DNA from: Candidatus Staskawiczbacteria bacterium
Lineage (GTDB): Bacteria > Patescibacteriota > Minisyncoccia > Minisyncoccales > Staskawiczbacteraceae
NCBI GenBank assembly: GCA_963761865.1
Contig: CAVXIE010000003.1
Coordinates: 127,960 to 191,959, forward strand
Direction: 5' to 3'
DNA: 64,000 bases
Part shown: positions 53,701 through 62,533 of the stretch, one piece after another
Numbering within the stretch: position 1 is the stretch's first letter
Layout: every line of letters starts with the position of its first letter
Made by a program: the position numbers and the translations under genes
The notes under the pieces: generated by a model
Database searches by the model: none
Told to the model about the DNA's origin: nothing
Seen by the model: the letters and a program-made list of their open reading frames with translations, nothing else

Positions 53701-54065
53701 TTAATACTATTCCATTTACAGTCGCTGTAAGCGGCAGCGGCACAAGCTTGGACTTTGGAACAATAACGCTTGATGATTCACAGGGGAACACATTAAGCAA
53801 CAACACCTGTACAGTATCAGGAAGTGCAACAGCAGGTTTGTTCACTTGTTCAACTCCATTCGTTGTTTTGCCAAATGCTCCTCAGACATTCACTGTATAT
53901 GCTACAACTAATGGATCGCTCGTTTCTGCAGCTGGTAGCAGCGAAGTATTCACACTTGGCAACAAAGCCAACTTTGGATTTACTGATGTTACTGGTGGTA
54001 GCGGAACTCTTCCTGGAACATATATCTACGGATATCCTACAGGAACGCAATCAAAGACTAACTAA
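50729..54065 (+). pseudogene. Large (about 1110 aa) secreted Ser/Thr/Gly/Asn/Val-rich surface protein with N-terminal coil and peptidoglycan-binding domain; one frameshift near 51735-51745
   Basis: Signal peptide MNIKQTIITATVALTMVAMIAPVNVGAQ and coil IAQLQAMIAQLTAQLSQL. PG_binding_1-like segment (GSDVKCLQAVLN...FGPRTLVAVKKFQSANGLTPAAQVGPLTRAKLNAWL). Then repeated beta modules with a recurring L(A/T)NVxLY(V)xG motif and almost no charged residues. The two track ORFs (50729..51802 and 51780..54065) are one gene offset by 1 nt. Confidence 0.8.
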
Positions 54066-54121
54066 GTTTTTGTAAAGCAAAATTGGAAATCCTGACTTGT
54101 GGACAGGATAATCCAAAAACT

Positions 54122-54146
54122 AAAAAGCCCCGAAAGGGGCTTTTTA
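54122..54146. terminator. Bidirectional intrinsic terminator
   Basis: aaaaagcccc-gaaa-ggggcttttt, between convergent genes. Confidence 0.85.
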
Positions 54147-54173
54147 GTTGCTTAATAGAAAATAGATTAAAGA

Positions 54174-55202
54174 TTACTTGCTGTTGGAGTTAACATAATT
54201 ATAAACAATCGTTGAAATATTTTTAATAATTAAAGCGAGCTGTTTTTGGTCAACTACGCCCTTTGATCTTGTCATAACGCACAATGTATACGGACGGTCT
54301 TTATTGTAAATAACTCCGCAGTTGTGCAGTTCCATGCCGGTAACCATTGTGCCCTGCTGATCGGTATCTGTGCTTTCTCCAAATTTTTGCGCCACTACAA
54401 CATTTGAAGGCAGTCCGGCGGAAATTCCATCTTTATATGTTGATTTGCTCATAATTGTTAAAGCCTTTTCTGAATTATTGTCTGATAAGTATGTTGCGTT
54501 ATACAAAATTCTTAAGAAAGAAGTGTAATCTCTTGGAGAGATGGTAAAAACCGGCTTATCGCCCGGAGCCGGTAAATTCAAGTCTTTATAAACCGCTTTT
54601 AGAATATCTGGATTATCGTTTGCTAGCAGCAATACTGCCGCTCCGTCATCGGAATTTTCAACCATATTTTCTATCAAATATTGTATTGTATAACTTTGTC
54701 CTACAACCAAATTTGTCGGAGTGGCATATTGTACCGAAAAAGTTTGATTATCTATGTCTTTGGTGTAGGTTAAACTTTTTTGCAAAATAGATTGATTCAA
54801 CTGTTTTTGTCTATAATAATCCATCATTATCAACACTTTCATAAGACTGCCAGGATAATATTGAGTTTCATAATTAACTCCTGACCATCTGCTGGTTAAA
54901 AGGTCAGAATAGTAAACCGAAATACTTTGCGCATTTTGGCTTTGATATTGCTGCTCTATATAGTCGTTTATTTTATTTTCCAGGGTTTTATCTTCCAAAA
55001 AATATTTTGCATCGCCAAAATCATAGCGCAATAGAGGATAGATAAACTTGTAGTCAAAATTGTTTTCCCTGACAGGTTTTATTCCTAATATTAATTCCTT
55101 TGTTTTTATAAAATTATTATTGTATTCAAAAAAGTAACCCGCGCCAAAACCAACGGCTAGAACGGTAGAACATAAAATAATTATTTTTGTTTTATTATCC
55201 AT
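54174..55202 (-). CDS. Membrane-anchored serine hydrolase, class A beta-lactamase / penicillin-binding-like fold
   Basis: SxxK (PGSLMKV), an SDN-like loop (ENSDDGAA) and a KTG-like triad (QKFGES), with an N-terminal TM anchor. Confidence 0.55.
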   Translation of the reverse strand: MDNKTKIIILCSTVLAVGFGAGYFFEYNNNFIKTKELILGIKPVRENNFDYKFIYPLLRYDFGDAKYFLEDKTLENKINDYIEQQYQSQNAQSISVYYSDLLTSRWSGVNYETQYYPGSLMKVLIMMDYYRQKQLNQSILQKSLTYTKDIDNQTFSVQYATPTNLVVGQSYTIQYLIENMVENSDDGAAVLLLANDNPDILKAVYKDLNLPAPGDKPVFTISPRDYTSFLRILYNATYLSDNNSEKALTIMSKSTYKDGISAGLPSNVVVAQKFGESTDTDQQGTMVTGMELHNCGVIYNKDRPYTLCVMTRSKGVVDQKQLALIIKNISTIVYNYVNSNSK

Positions 55203-55253
55203 TTTGTTCTATCCATTTTATTCTTCTTTGTTGAATTTGCAAGCAGGAATAAT

Positions 55254-57467
55254 CTATTTGGGGGATAACTGTGAAACTATGTTTTCTTCTTGCTTTGCTT
55301 TATCGTATTCACCCAGCTTTGTATATATAAGCGACAGATAAGAATGATATTGGATGTTAGTCTGGTTTATTAAAATTAACTTTTCAAAAATTGGCGCCAG
55401 GTTTTGATAATCCGGGAATGAGCCATAAGCATTTGCAATTTGGATTAAATTTTGTTCTGAATTTATGGCGTATCCTTTGTCGCCGGCTGTTTGTATATTT
55501 TTTTTAGCGTCAATATTATCTTTTAAATAAATTTGCGCAAGTCCCAGATAAAAGTAGCAATCCCCTAAAGACGGATTTAATACAATGCATTTTTGAGAAT
55601 AATCTTCTGCGCTTTTGTAGTCACCCGCGACAATTTTAAGATCTGCTTCGCCGGTAAACAGTTCTTGATGATTTGGGGCCAATTGCAATCCTTTGTTAAA
55701 GTAATCGCCGGCTTGTTGAAGCAGGTTGTTTTTTGCTGAGGCGTTATTTTCATTATCAGCTAAAGTCGTTGTCAGGTCTCCTAAAAAGAGCCAAAAGCGG
55801 GTGAAAAGCGGTTGGATTTTTATGGCTTCGTTTAATAGTGCGATACCTTTTTGGGTGTAGGCGAGGTTATTCCCCGGGTAAAAAGCGCTGCAGGTTTTTT
55901 CAGCTTCAACATATTGCAGTATAAAATAAGAGTCTAAAAAGCTGTGCTGAGGCAAAACATTATCCAAGGTGGAAAAAGCCTTATCGCATAGTTTTTGGTC
56001 GGCAAGAGTATTGGCTTTATTGATTTCTGCGTTGATTTGGAATGGTACAAAATTATATTGCCACAGGAAAATTACCAGCATGCAAAACAATACGAATATA
56101 ACGACGGATTTAATCCACGGCTTTATATAAATTCCAGATGGTTTCTTTGGATTTATCTCAGCGGGTTCGGTTGAAGTTAAATGCAGGATATAAGCGACTA
56201 TCAGGAATAAAATCAAATAGGTTGTAGAGGAATCAAAACTGAAAAAATTAGCGGCAAGATAGCCTAATAGGGTCGCTTCAATTCCGTTTATTACTATCTT
56301 TGTGTTTACGTCTTCTGATTTATGCTTAGTTTTTTGGAGCTGCCAAAACAGAACAACAAAAAGAGCCAAATAAGCAACTATACCAAGAATTCCGGCGTCG
56401 GCCCCTGTTTCCAGAAGAATGTTATGTGCCCTGTCCCACCAAGGAGAAGAAGTTGTCATCGGGTCGTAGTTTTTATCAAAACCGACTGAGAAATTTTCCG
56501 GCCCCCAACCTAAAATTGGCCTATCTATTACTTCCTTGACGGCTATTTTCCATTCGCCGAATCTTCCGTCATTTAATGCTTTTTTTATTGATAGCTGACC
56601 TATCAGCCCTTGTGTTGCTCTATTTTGTAAAACTTCAGGAAGCTGAGGATGTATATTTGCATAAAGAATAATGCCAAAAACTAAAATCAGAAAAATCGCA
56701 ATACCTATCTTTATTTTTTTCAATTTTTTGGGATATGCCAAAAGGAAGAATAAGACTCCGACAAAAATTCCTAAGTATACCGCTCGTGTGCCGCTTATTA
56801 AAATGGCAAAAAGAAAAATTAAGAGAGAGGCAATATAAAATATTTTTCTAATTTTATCTTCAGAAGAGTCAAGAGGCTCGTTGATGGCAAAAGATAACGT
56901 CGGGAATGATAAAAGCAGTAAATAAATTGCAAGTAATATTGGGTTCCCCAAAGTTGATGCCGGCTGGCCGGCAATCGTAATGTTGAATAAGCCGTAGTAT
57001 TGAAAGATTGCCAGCAAGGAAACCAAAGCGCCTATGCTTATTGAGAATATCCAAGCCTTCTCCCAATCTTTTCTATTTTTAAAAAATACGAAAATTGCAA
57101 ATGCAAAAATAAAATAAAAGGCGAAGTTTACAAATCCACCGCTACGGTAAGGAGAACCCCAAAAACTGAAAAGAGGGTCAACTGAAAATATGCTTGCCAA
57201 AAGATAAATAAAGAAAAGCGCTCCCAGCGCCCGGACAATCTTATTGTTTAATAATCTTTTAATGGGGAAACCTGCCTTTTTGTATAAAAATTGATACGCA
57301 AAAGTAAATAAAAGTATTGATAATATGCTTCTGAAAACTATTGCTTTGCCCCAATCTGCCGGGAAAAAATAGGGGGGTATAAGTAAAATTGGCAAAGCTA
57401 AAATTATATAAAATCCGATCAACTGCAGAAAACGCAAACCGTTATTATTCTCGTTGATTTTATCCAT
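55254..57467 (-). CDS. O-antigen ligase/polymerase family (Wzy_C) membrane protein with C-terminal TPR repeats
   Basis: About 12 TM segments with a large loop carrying GTRAVYLG...RAHNILLETGADAGILG (Wzy_C-like). The C-terminal roughly 250 aa contain TPR-like repeats (GDYKSAEDYSQKCIVLNPSLGDCYFYLGLAQIY...). Confidence 0.75.
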   Translation of the reverse strand: MDKINENNNGLRFLQLIGFYIILALPILLIPPYFFPADWGKAIVFRSILSILLFTFAYQFLYKKAGFPIKRLLNNKIVRALGALFFIYLLASIFSVDPLFSFWGSPYRSGGFVNFAFYFIFAFAIFVFFKNRKDWEKAWIFSISIGALVSLLAIFQYYGLFNITIAGQPASTLGNPILLAIYLLLLSFPTLSFAINEPLDSSEDKIRKIFYIASLLIFLFAILISGTRAVYLGIFVGVLFFLLAYPKKLKKIKIGIAIFLILVFGIILYANIHPQLPEVLQNRATQGLIGQLSIKKALNDGRFGEWKIAVKEVIDRPILGWGPENFSVGFDKNYDPMTTSSPWWDRAHNILLETGADAGILGIVAYLALFVVLFWQLQKTKHKSEDVNTKIVINGIEATLLGYLAANFFSFDSSTTYLILFLIVAYILHLTSTEPAEINPKKPSGIYIKPWIKSVVIFVLFCMLVIFLWQYNFVPFQINAEINKANTLADQKLCDKAFSTLDNVLPQHSFLDSYFILQYVEAEKTCSAFYPGNNLAYTQKGIALLNEAIKIQPLFTRFWLFLGDLTTTLADNENNASAKNNLLQQAGDYFNKGLQLAPNHQELFTGEADLKIVAGDYKSAEDYSQKCIVLNPSLGDCYFYLGLAQIYLKDNIDAKKNIQTAGDKGYAINSEQNLIQIANAYGSFPDYQNLAPIFEKLILINQTNIQYHSYLSLIYTKLGEYDKAKQEENIVSQLSPK

Positions 57468-57515
57468 CTTTTGTGATACAAATATTAAATATTATATTAA
57501 CGTATAATACAAATT

Positions 57516-57983
57516 ATGAAGCCAAAAAGCAACAAAAAAATAGTTATTACTTCGGGGTTTTTTAACCCTTTGCATATTGGACATATAAATCTGATAAGAG
57601 AGGCAAAAGGACTCGGCGATTTTTTGGTTGTTATAGTTAACAACGATGAGCAGGTTAAGATTAAAGGTTCAATTCCATTTATGCCAGAAAAGGAGAGAAT
57701 AGAGGTGGTAAAAGCATTAAAATATGCAGATGATGTTATTTTGGCGATTGATAAAGATGGGTATGTGCCTAAAAGCTTGGAAATGATTGCCAAGAAATAT
57801 CCCGGAGAGTTGTATTTTGCAAAAGGCGGAGATAGAAATATCAGTAATCTGCCGGAGTCCGAGAAAAAAGTTTGTGAAGATTTTAAAATAAAAATAGTTA
57901 ATAACATTGGCGGCGGTAAGGTGCAAAGCTCGTCGTGGCTTTTAAAAAAAGCCGCACAGAACAATAAAATACGTGAAGCATAA
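57516..57983 (+). CDS. Cytidylyl/adenylyltransferase-family protein (TagD / RfaE domain II-like)
   Basis: The nucleotidyltransferase signature SGFFNPLHIGHINLIREAKGLGDFLVVIV ((H/T)xGH) is present. The protein is 155 aa. Confidence 0.75.
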   Translation: MKPKSNKKIVITSGFFNPLHIGHINLIREAKGLGDFLVVIVNNDEQVKIKGSIPFMPEKERIEVVKALKYADDVILAIDKDGYVPKSLEMIAKKYPGELYFAKGGDRNISNLPESEKKVCEDFKIKIVNNIGGGKVQSSSWLLKKAAQNNKIREA

Positions 57984-58017
57984 AGAACTAATCGTATTGT
58001 TCTAAAAGTAAAAAAGT

Positions 58018-59070
58018 ATGGCAATAGAAAAAATAAAAATTGGGAGCAGGCTGATAGGTGAAGGAGAGCCGGTTTTTATTGTCGCTGAAATTGGTCAAAA
58101 CCATAACGGCAGTGTGGAAACCGCTAAGCTGTTGATTGACCAGTCGGCAAAAGACGGAGTTGATGCTGTTAAATTTTGCAAAAGAGACATAAAAAGCGAG
58201 CTTACTAAGGCGAAGTATAACTCACCATATTTGACACTACACTCCTTTGGGAAAACTTATGGAGAACATAGGGAATTTTTGGAGCTTTCCAGGGAACAGC
58301 ACGCTGAACTCAAAAAGTATGCTGAGGCAAAAGGTTTATTCTATTTTGCCAGTGTTTGCGACCCTATCAGCGTTGATGATATGGACAGTATTGGCGTCCA
58401 TATGTTTAAAGTTGCTTCCAGAGATTTGACCAATAAGCCTTTGTTGGAATATATCGCCAAAAAACAAAAGCCGATTTTTCTTTCAACAGGGATGTCTAAT
58501 TTGAGCGAGGTTGAAAAGGCAATTGCCATAATCAGAAAATACCACAACAATATTGTGATTTTTCAGTGTACTTCAGAGTATCCGGCTAAATTAGAGGATA
58601 TAAATTTGAATGTCATTAAAGAATTCCGGAATAGGTTTAATCTGAACGTGGGAATATCAGACCATGCGCCCGGTATTATGGTCGCTTGTGCCGCTGCTGC
58701 AATGGGAGCTTGCGCCACAGAAAAACACGTAACCTTAGATAGGGGGATGAAAGGCACGGACCACCAGGCTTCTCTAGATCCGCCAGGAATGGCAAGGCTT
58801 GTTGAATGGATAAGGGGCTTTGAAATTGCAAGAGGAAACGGCCTGAAAAATATGCACAGTGATGAGTTTATGGCCAAGAAAAAGCTGGCAAGGTCTATAG
58901 TTGCCTCAAGGAAATTAAAAGCGGGAGAGGTGGTGACCGCCGAAATGATTTTGGCTAAAACTCACACTGAAAGCGGCTTAAGTCCATTTGATGATGAAAA
59001 AATATTAGGCAAGAAATTGAATCAAGATATTGATGAGGACGAATTAATATTGGAGCACCACGTATCTTAA
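58018..59070 (+). CDS. neuB: N-acylneuraminate (nonulosonic acid) synthase family protein, NeuB-type with SAF domain
   Basis: VFIVAEIGQNHNGSVETAKLLIDQSAKDGVDAVKFCKR, FKVASRDLTN and ISDHAPG, plus a C-terminal SAF-like domain (ARSIVASRKLKAGEVVT). The sugar specificity is not determinable from sequence alone. Confidence 0.85.
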   Translation: MAIEKIKIGSRLIGEGEPVFIVAEIGQNHNGSVETAKLLIDQSAKDGVDAVKFCKRDIKSELTKAKYNSPYLTLHSFGKTYGEHREFLELSREQHAELKKYAEAKGLFYFASVCDPISVDDMDSIGVHMFKVASRDLTNKPLLEYIAKKQKPIFLSTGMSNLSEVEKAIAIIRKYHNNIVIFQCTSEYPAKLEDINLNVIKEFRNRFNLNVGISDHAPGIMVACAAAAMGACATEKHVTLDRGMKGTDHQASLDPPGMARLVEWIRGFEIARGNGLKNMHSDEFMAKKKLARSIVASRKLKAGEVVTAEMILAKTHTESGLSPFDDEKILGKKLNQDIDEDELILEHHVS

Positions 59071-59074
59071 AAAG

Positions 59075-59828
59075 ATGGCTAAGATAAAAGTAGTTGCAAT
59101 AATTCAAGCAAGAATGACATCTTCAAGGTTGCTCGGCAAGGTTTTGATTAAAATACAGGGGAATCCTATGGTTTGGCATGTTATAAATAGACTTAAAAAA
59201 TCAAAAAATATTGACGAGATAATTCTGGCTATTCCCGATAACTCGCAAAATGATATTCTGGAAAAATTCGCTAAAGAAAATAATTTTAAATATTTTAGAG
59301 GCAGCGAGGAAGACGTTTTGTCCAGGCATTATCAAGCTGCAAAAAAAAATGAGGCAGATGTGGTTGTGAGGATACCGTTCTGATAATGCATTGATTGATC
59401 CAAAGATAGTTGATTTGGTTATAGAAAAGCACCTTGGCTCAAATGCCGACTATACTTCTAATGTGATGGAAAAAACATTCCCTCTGGGTATGCACACGGA
59501 AGTTATTAATTTTAAAGTTTTAGAAGAAGCTTTTAATAAGGCAGATAAAGACTATGAAAGAGAGCACGTGACTCCTTACATATACAAACACCCCGAAATA
59601 TTTAAGCTTCAAAGTATCAAGGCAAGAGGTAAATTATTTAGACCGGAACTACGTTCGACAGTTGATATGAAAGAAGATTTTGAGTTGATTGCTGAAATTT
59701 ATAAACATTTATACAACTTAAAGAAAATTTTTACACTTGGCGAAGTTATTTCATTGTTAGACGCGCGCCCCGAATTTGTAAAAATAAATGTTGGCGTTGA
59801 ACAGAAAAATCCTGATTTGAATAATTAG
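59075..59828 (+). pseudogene. CTP_transf_3 family cytidylyltransferase (SpsF / acylneuraminate cytidylyltransferase-like), one frameshift at about 59378
   Basis: VVAIIQARMTSSRLLGKVL is the family N-terminus. An extra T in ccgTtctgat breaks VVRIPSDNALIDPKIVD. The two track ORFs (59075..59383 and 59391..59828) form one gene. Confidence 0.8.
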
Positions 59829-59840
59829 TAAAATATTGAT

Positions 59841-60311
59841 ATGGCTTCAAATAAAAATATAAAAATATTTATTACGGATGTTGACGGCGTTTTGACCGAT
59901 GGCAAAATTTACTATTCTTCAAATGGAGATATTTTCAGGGCGTATGATATGCACGACGGGATTTTTTCTAAGTTAAAAGAAAAAGGAATTTTGACCGCTT
60001 TTTGCAGCGGAGAATCAGATGAGTCCATAAGCAATCGGGCGAAAAAGTTGAATATAGATTTTTTGATAATGGGTTCAAAAGATAAACTGAAGGATGTATC
60101 GGTAATGTTAAAAAAGCTGAATTTATCGTTTGAAGAAATGGCATACGTTGGAGATGATTTGGCCGACATATCGGTGCTGGAAAAGGCAGGTCTTTCTTTC
60201 GCGGTTCATAGCGCTGTTGAAGAAGTGAAAAAACATGTTGACTACATAACAAAAGCCAACGGCGGAAACGGCGCAATAAGAGAAATCTTTAATAATTATT
60301 TTTCAAAATAA
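59841..60311 (+). CDS. HAD-IIIA phosphatase, KdsC family (KDO-8-P / nonulosonate-9-P phosphatase-like)
   Basis: The DxD nucleophile motif FITDVDGVLTDGKIYY and the distal YVGDDLAD are present. About 156 aa, typical of KdsC-type enzymes. Confidence 0.8.
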   Translation: MASNKNIKIFITDVDGVLTDGKIYYSSNGDIFRAYDMHDGIFSKLKEKGILTAFCSGESDESISNRAKKLNIDFLIMGSKDKLKDVSVMLKKLNLSFEEMAYVGDDLADISVLEKAGLSFAVHSAVEEVKKHVDYITKANGGNGAIREIFNNYFSK

Positions 60312-60312
60312 T

Positions 60313-61116
60313 ATGAAATGCGTACTTTGCAATAAGAAAACAAAAACAATAATAACAAAGAAGCTCCGACATGGGGAAGAAAAAGATGTTTTTTATTGCC
60401 CAGAATGCGAGTTAGGAATGTTAAAGGATGACCGGTCAGAAGCGGAAATAAGGGAAATGTATGATGAAAATTGGCTTAAAAAATATGCTTTCGGAACGGC
60501 AGCCGAGGGAGAGAAAGATCCGGGAAGTCTTTTTGATTTGAGTCTGCAATATGAACAAAGGAGAACAAAGCTTATTAAAAAATATCTGAAAAAGAGCCAA
60601 AGGCTGCTGGAGATTGGCTGTTCCTCAGGCACTTTTTTATATTCAGTAAAAAAATACGTAGGTGAAGTTGTGGGAGTTGATTACGATACGAAAGCAATAA
60701 AATTTGCCGGAGAAAAATGCAATTGTCAGACTTTTGATGATATAAATGGTGTCAAAGGCAAATTTGATGTTATTTGTAATTTTGCTGTTTTAGAGCACGT
60801 AAAAGATCCCATTCAATTCATTGGAAAAATTAAAGAATACTTAAAGCCCGGAGGAATAATATTTATTGAAACCCCGAATCTGCGTAATGCGCTGGTGTCG
60901 GCATATGACCTGCCTAATTATTACTCATTTAATTTTGTTAACATTCATTATTTATACTTCACAAAAAAAAGCTTAAATATATTAATGGAAAAACTAGGTT
61001 TTACCGGAAAGGTTATTTCTAATCAGGAATATAATTTTCTTAATCATATGCATTGGTTGGACACCGGCGTTCCGCAATCAACATTTGTCCCCGGTCTGGT
61101 CTTCACCGTCTTTTAA
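60313..61116 (+). CDS. Class I SAM-dependent methyltransferase with N-terminal zinc ribbon; possible frameshifted C-terminal extension to 61252
   Basis: CVLC...CPEC, then motif I LLEIGCSSGTF and LKPGGIIFIETPN. A stop-free +1 frame continues from about 61090 to a TAA at 61250-61252 (..LESVKKEKLNNFIQQTDIAYKKLLSDMEISDTLAFIGKKD). Confidence 0.7.
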   Translation: MKCVLCNKKTKTIITKKLRHGEEKDVFYCPECELGMLKDDRSEAEIREMYDENWLKKYAFGTAAEGEKDPGSLFDLSLQYEQRRTKLIKKYLKKSQRLLEIGCSSGTFLYSVKKYVGEVVGVDYDTKAIKFAGEKCNCQTFDDINGVKGKFDVICNFAVLEHVKDPIQFIGKIKEYLKPGGIIFIETPNLRNALVSAYDLPNYYSFNFVNIHYLYFTKKSLNILMEKLGFTGKVISNQEYNFLNHMHWLDTGVPQSTFVPGLVFTVF

Positions 61117-61261
61117 GCTACGCGATACGCTTGAATCGGTAAAAAAGGAAAAATTAAATAATTTTATTCAGCAAACTGATATTGCCTATAAGAAACTTTT
61201 ATCCGATATGGAAATTTCTGACACACTTGCTTTTATCGGTAAAAAAGATTAATCAAGATTT

Positions 61262-62530
61262 ATGCCAAAAAACCGTAAAAATATAAATACAAAACTTATT
61301 GATGACTTATGGTTTTTGCGTCGGGATATTGTTTCCGACGGTTTTGACGACGCTCTAAAATATATTTCTAAAATAATTCCTTTAAAAATTCATAAAATTC
61401 CCACAGGAACAAAGTGCTGGACATGGACGGTTCCTGAAAAATGGAGCGTCAAACAAGCCTATATAGAAAATCTGAATGGTGATAAAATAATTGATTTGAA
61501 AAATCATCCTTTGCATGTGATGTCTTATTCGTTACCGATTGATAAAGTTGTAAGTAAGGAAGAACTTTTAAAGCATTTACATACAAGGCCCGACAGGCCC
61601 AACGCGATCCCTTTTGAGTTTAAATATTATGAAAAGGACTGGGGTTTTTGTATTCAACATAACAGGCTTGGTGAAATTACTGACGATAAATATAAAGTTT
61701 TTATTGATTCTAAATTTGAAAAAGGAGATTTAAAAGTTGGAGATTATACAATAAATGGTAAAAGCAAAAAAACAATTGTTTTGGTTGCTCATTTATGTCA
61801 CCCGTGTCAGGTTAATGATGATTTGTCGGGCGTAAAAGTATTGATTGATGTTGCTCAAGAATTGAGCAAAAAGAAAAACAACTACACCTATAAGTTTTTA
61901 TTCGTTTCAGAGACTATCGGCTCTGTAGCATATTTAAGTCAAAATGAAAAACTGATTTCGCAATTGGATTTTGGAATTTTTGCTGAAATGCTTGGGAATA
62001 ATAATAACTTTGCTTTGCAATTGAGCAGGCAAGGAAATTTAAAGATAGATAAGGTGGCGCAATATTTAATGAGAAAAATACCCGGCGGTTTTAGGCAGGG
62101 CAAATTTAGGGAAATTGTAAGAAATGATGAGATGGTCTTTAACGGACCCGGTATTAATATACCTATGATATCAATAAGCAGATCCCCATATCCGGAATAT
62201 CATACTTCAGACGACAGCCCTAAAATTATTTCTGAAAATAAGTTGGGTGAAGCAACAGAATTGATTTTGGAAATTTTAAATATAATTGATAAAGATTATA
62301 TCCCTAAAAGACAATTTAAAGGCCCGATTTTTCTGTCGGGCTTCGGTTTGTGGGTTGATTGGAGAGTAAATAAAAAGTTGAATGAGAATGTGGAAAAAAT
62401 AATGCTTAACCTGGAGGGCGATAAAAGCGTGTTTGATATTGCCGATGAACTGAATATGGACTTTAATGATGTGTTGGAATACGTAGATAAATTTTTTGCC
62501 AAAAAGCTGATAAAAAAGATGCTTCAATGA
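61262..62530 (+). CDS. DUF4910 / aminopeptidase-like (M28-fold) protein typical of polysaccharide gene clusters
   Basis: VLVAHLCHPCQVNDDLSGV matches the HxCHPxxxNDxxSG signature I associate with DUF4910/COG4310 proteins. The C-terminus looks like a winged helix. Confidence 0.6.
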   Translation: MPKNRKNINTKLIDDLWFLRRDIVSDGFDDALKYISKIIPLKIHKIPTGTKCWTWTVPEKWSVKQAYIENLNGDKIIDLKNHPLHVMSYSLPIDKVVSKEELLKHLHTRPDRPNAIPFEFKYYEKDWGFCIQHNRLGEITDDKYKVFIDSKFEKGDLKVGDYTINGKSKKTIVLVAHLCHPCQVNDDLSGVKVLIDVAQELSKKKNNYTYKFLFVSETIGSVAYLSQNEKLISQLDFGIFAEMLGNNNNFALQLSRQGNLKIDKVAQYLMRKIPGGFRQGKFREIVRNDEMVFNGPGINIPMISISRSPYPEYHTSDDSPKIISENKLGEATELILEILNIIDKDYIPKRQFKGPIFLSGFGLWVDWRVNKKLNENVEKIMLNLEGDKSVFDIADELNMDFNDVLEYVDKFFAKKLIKKMLQ

Positions 62531-62533
62531 AAT

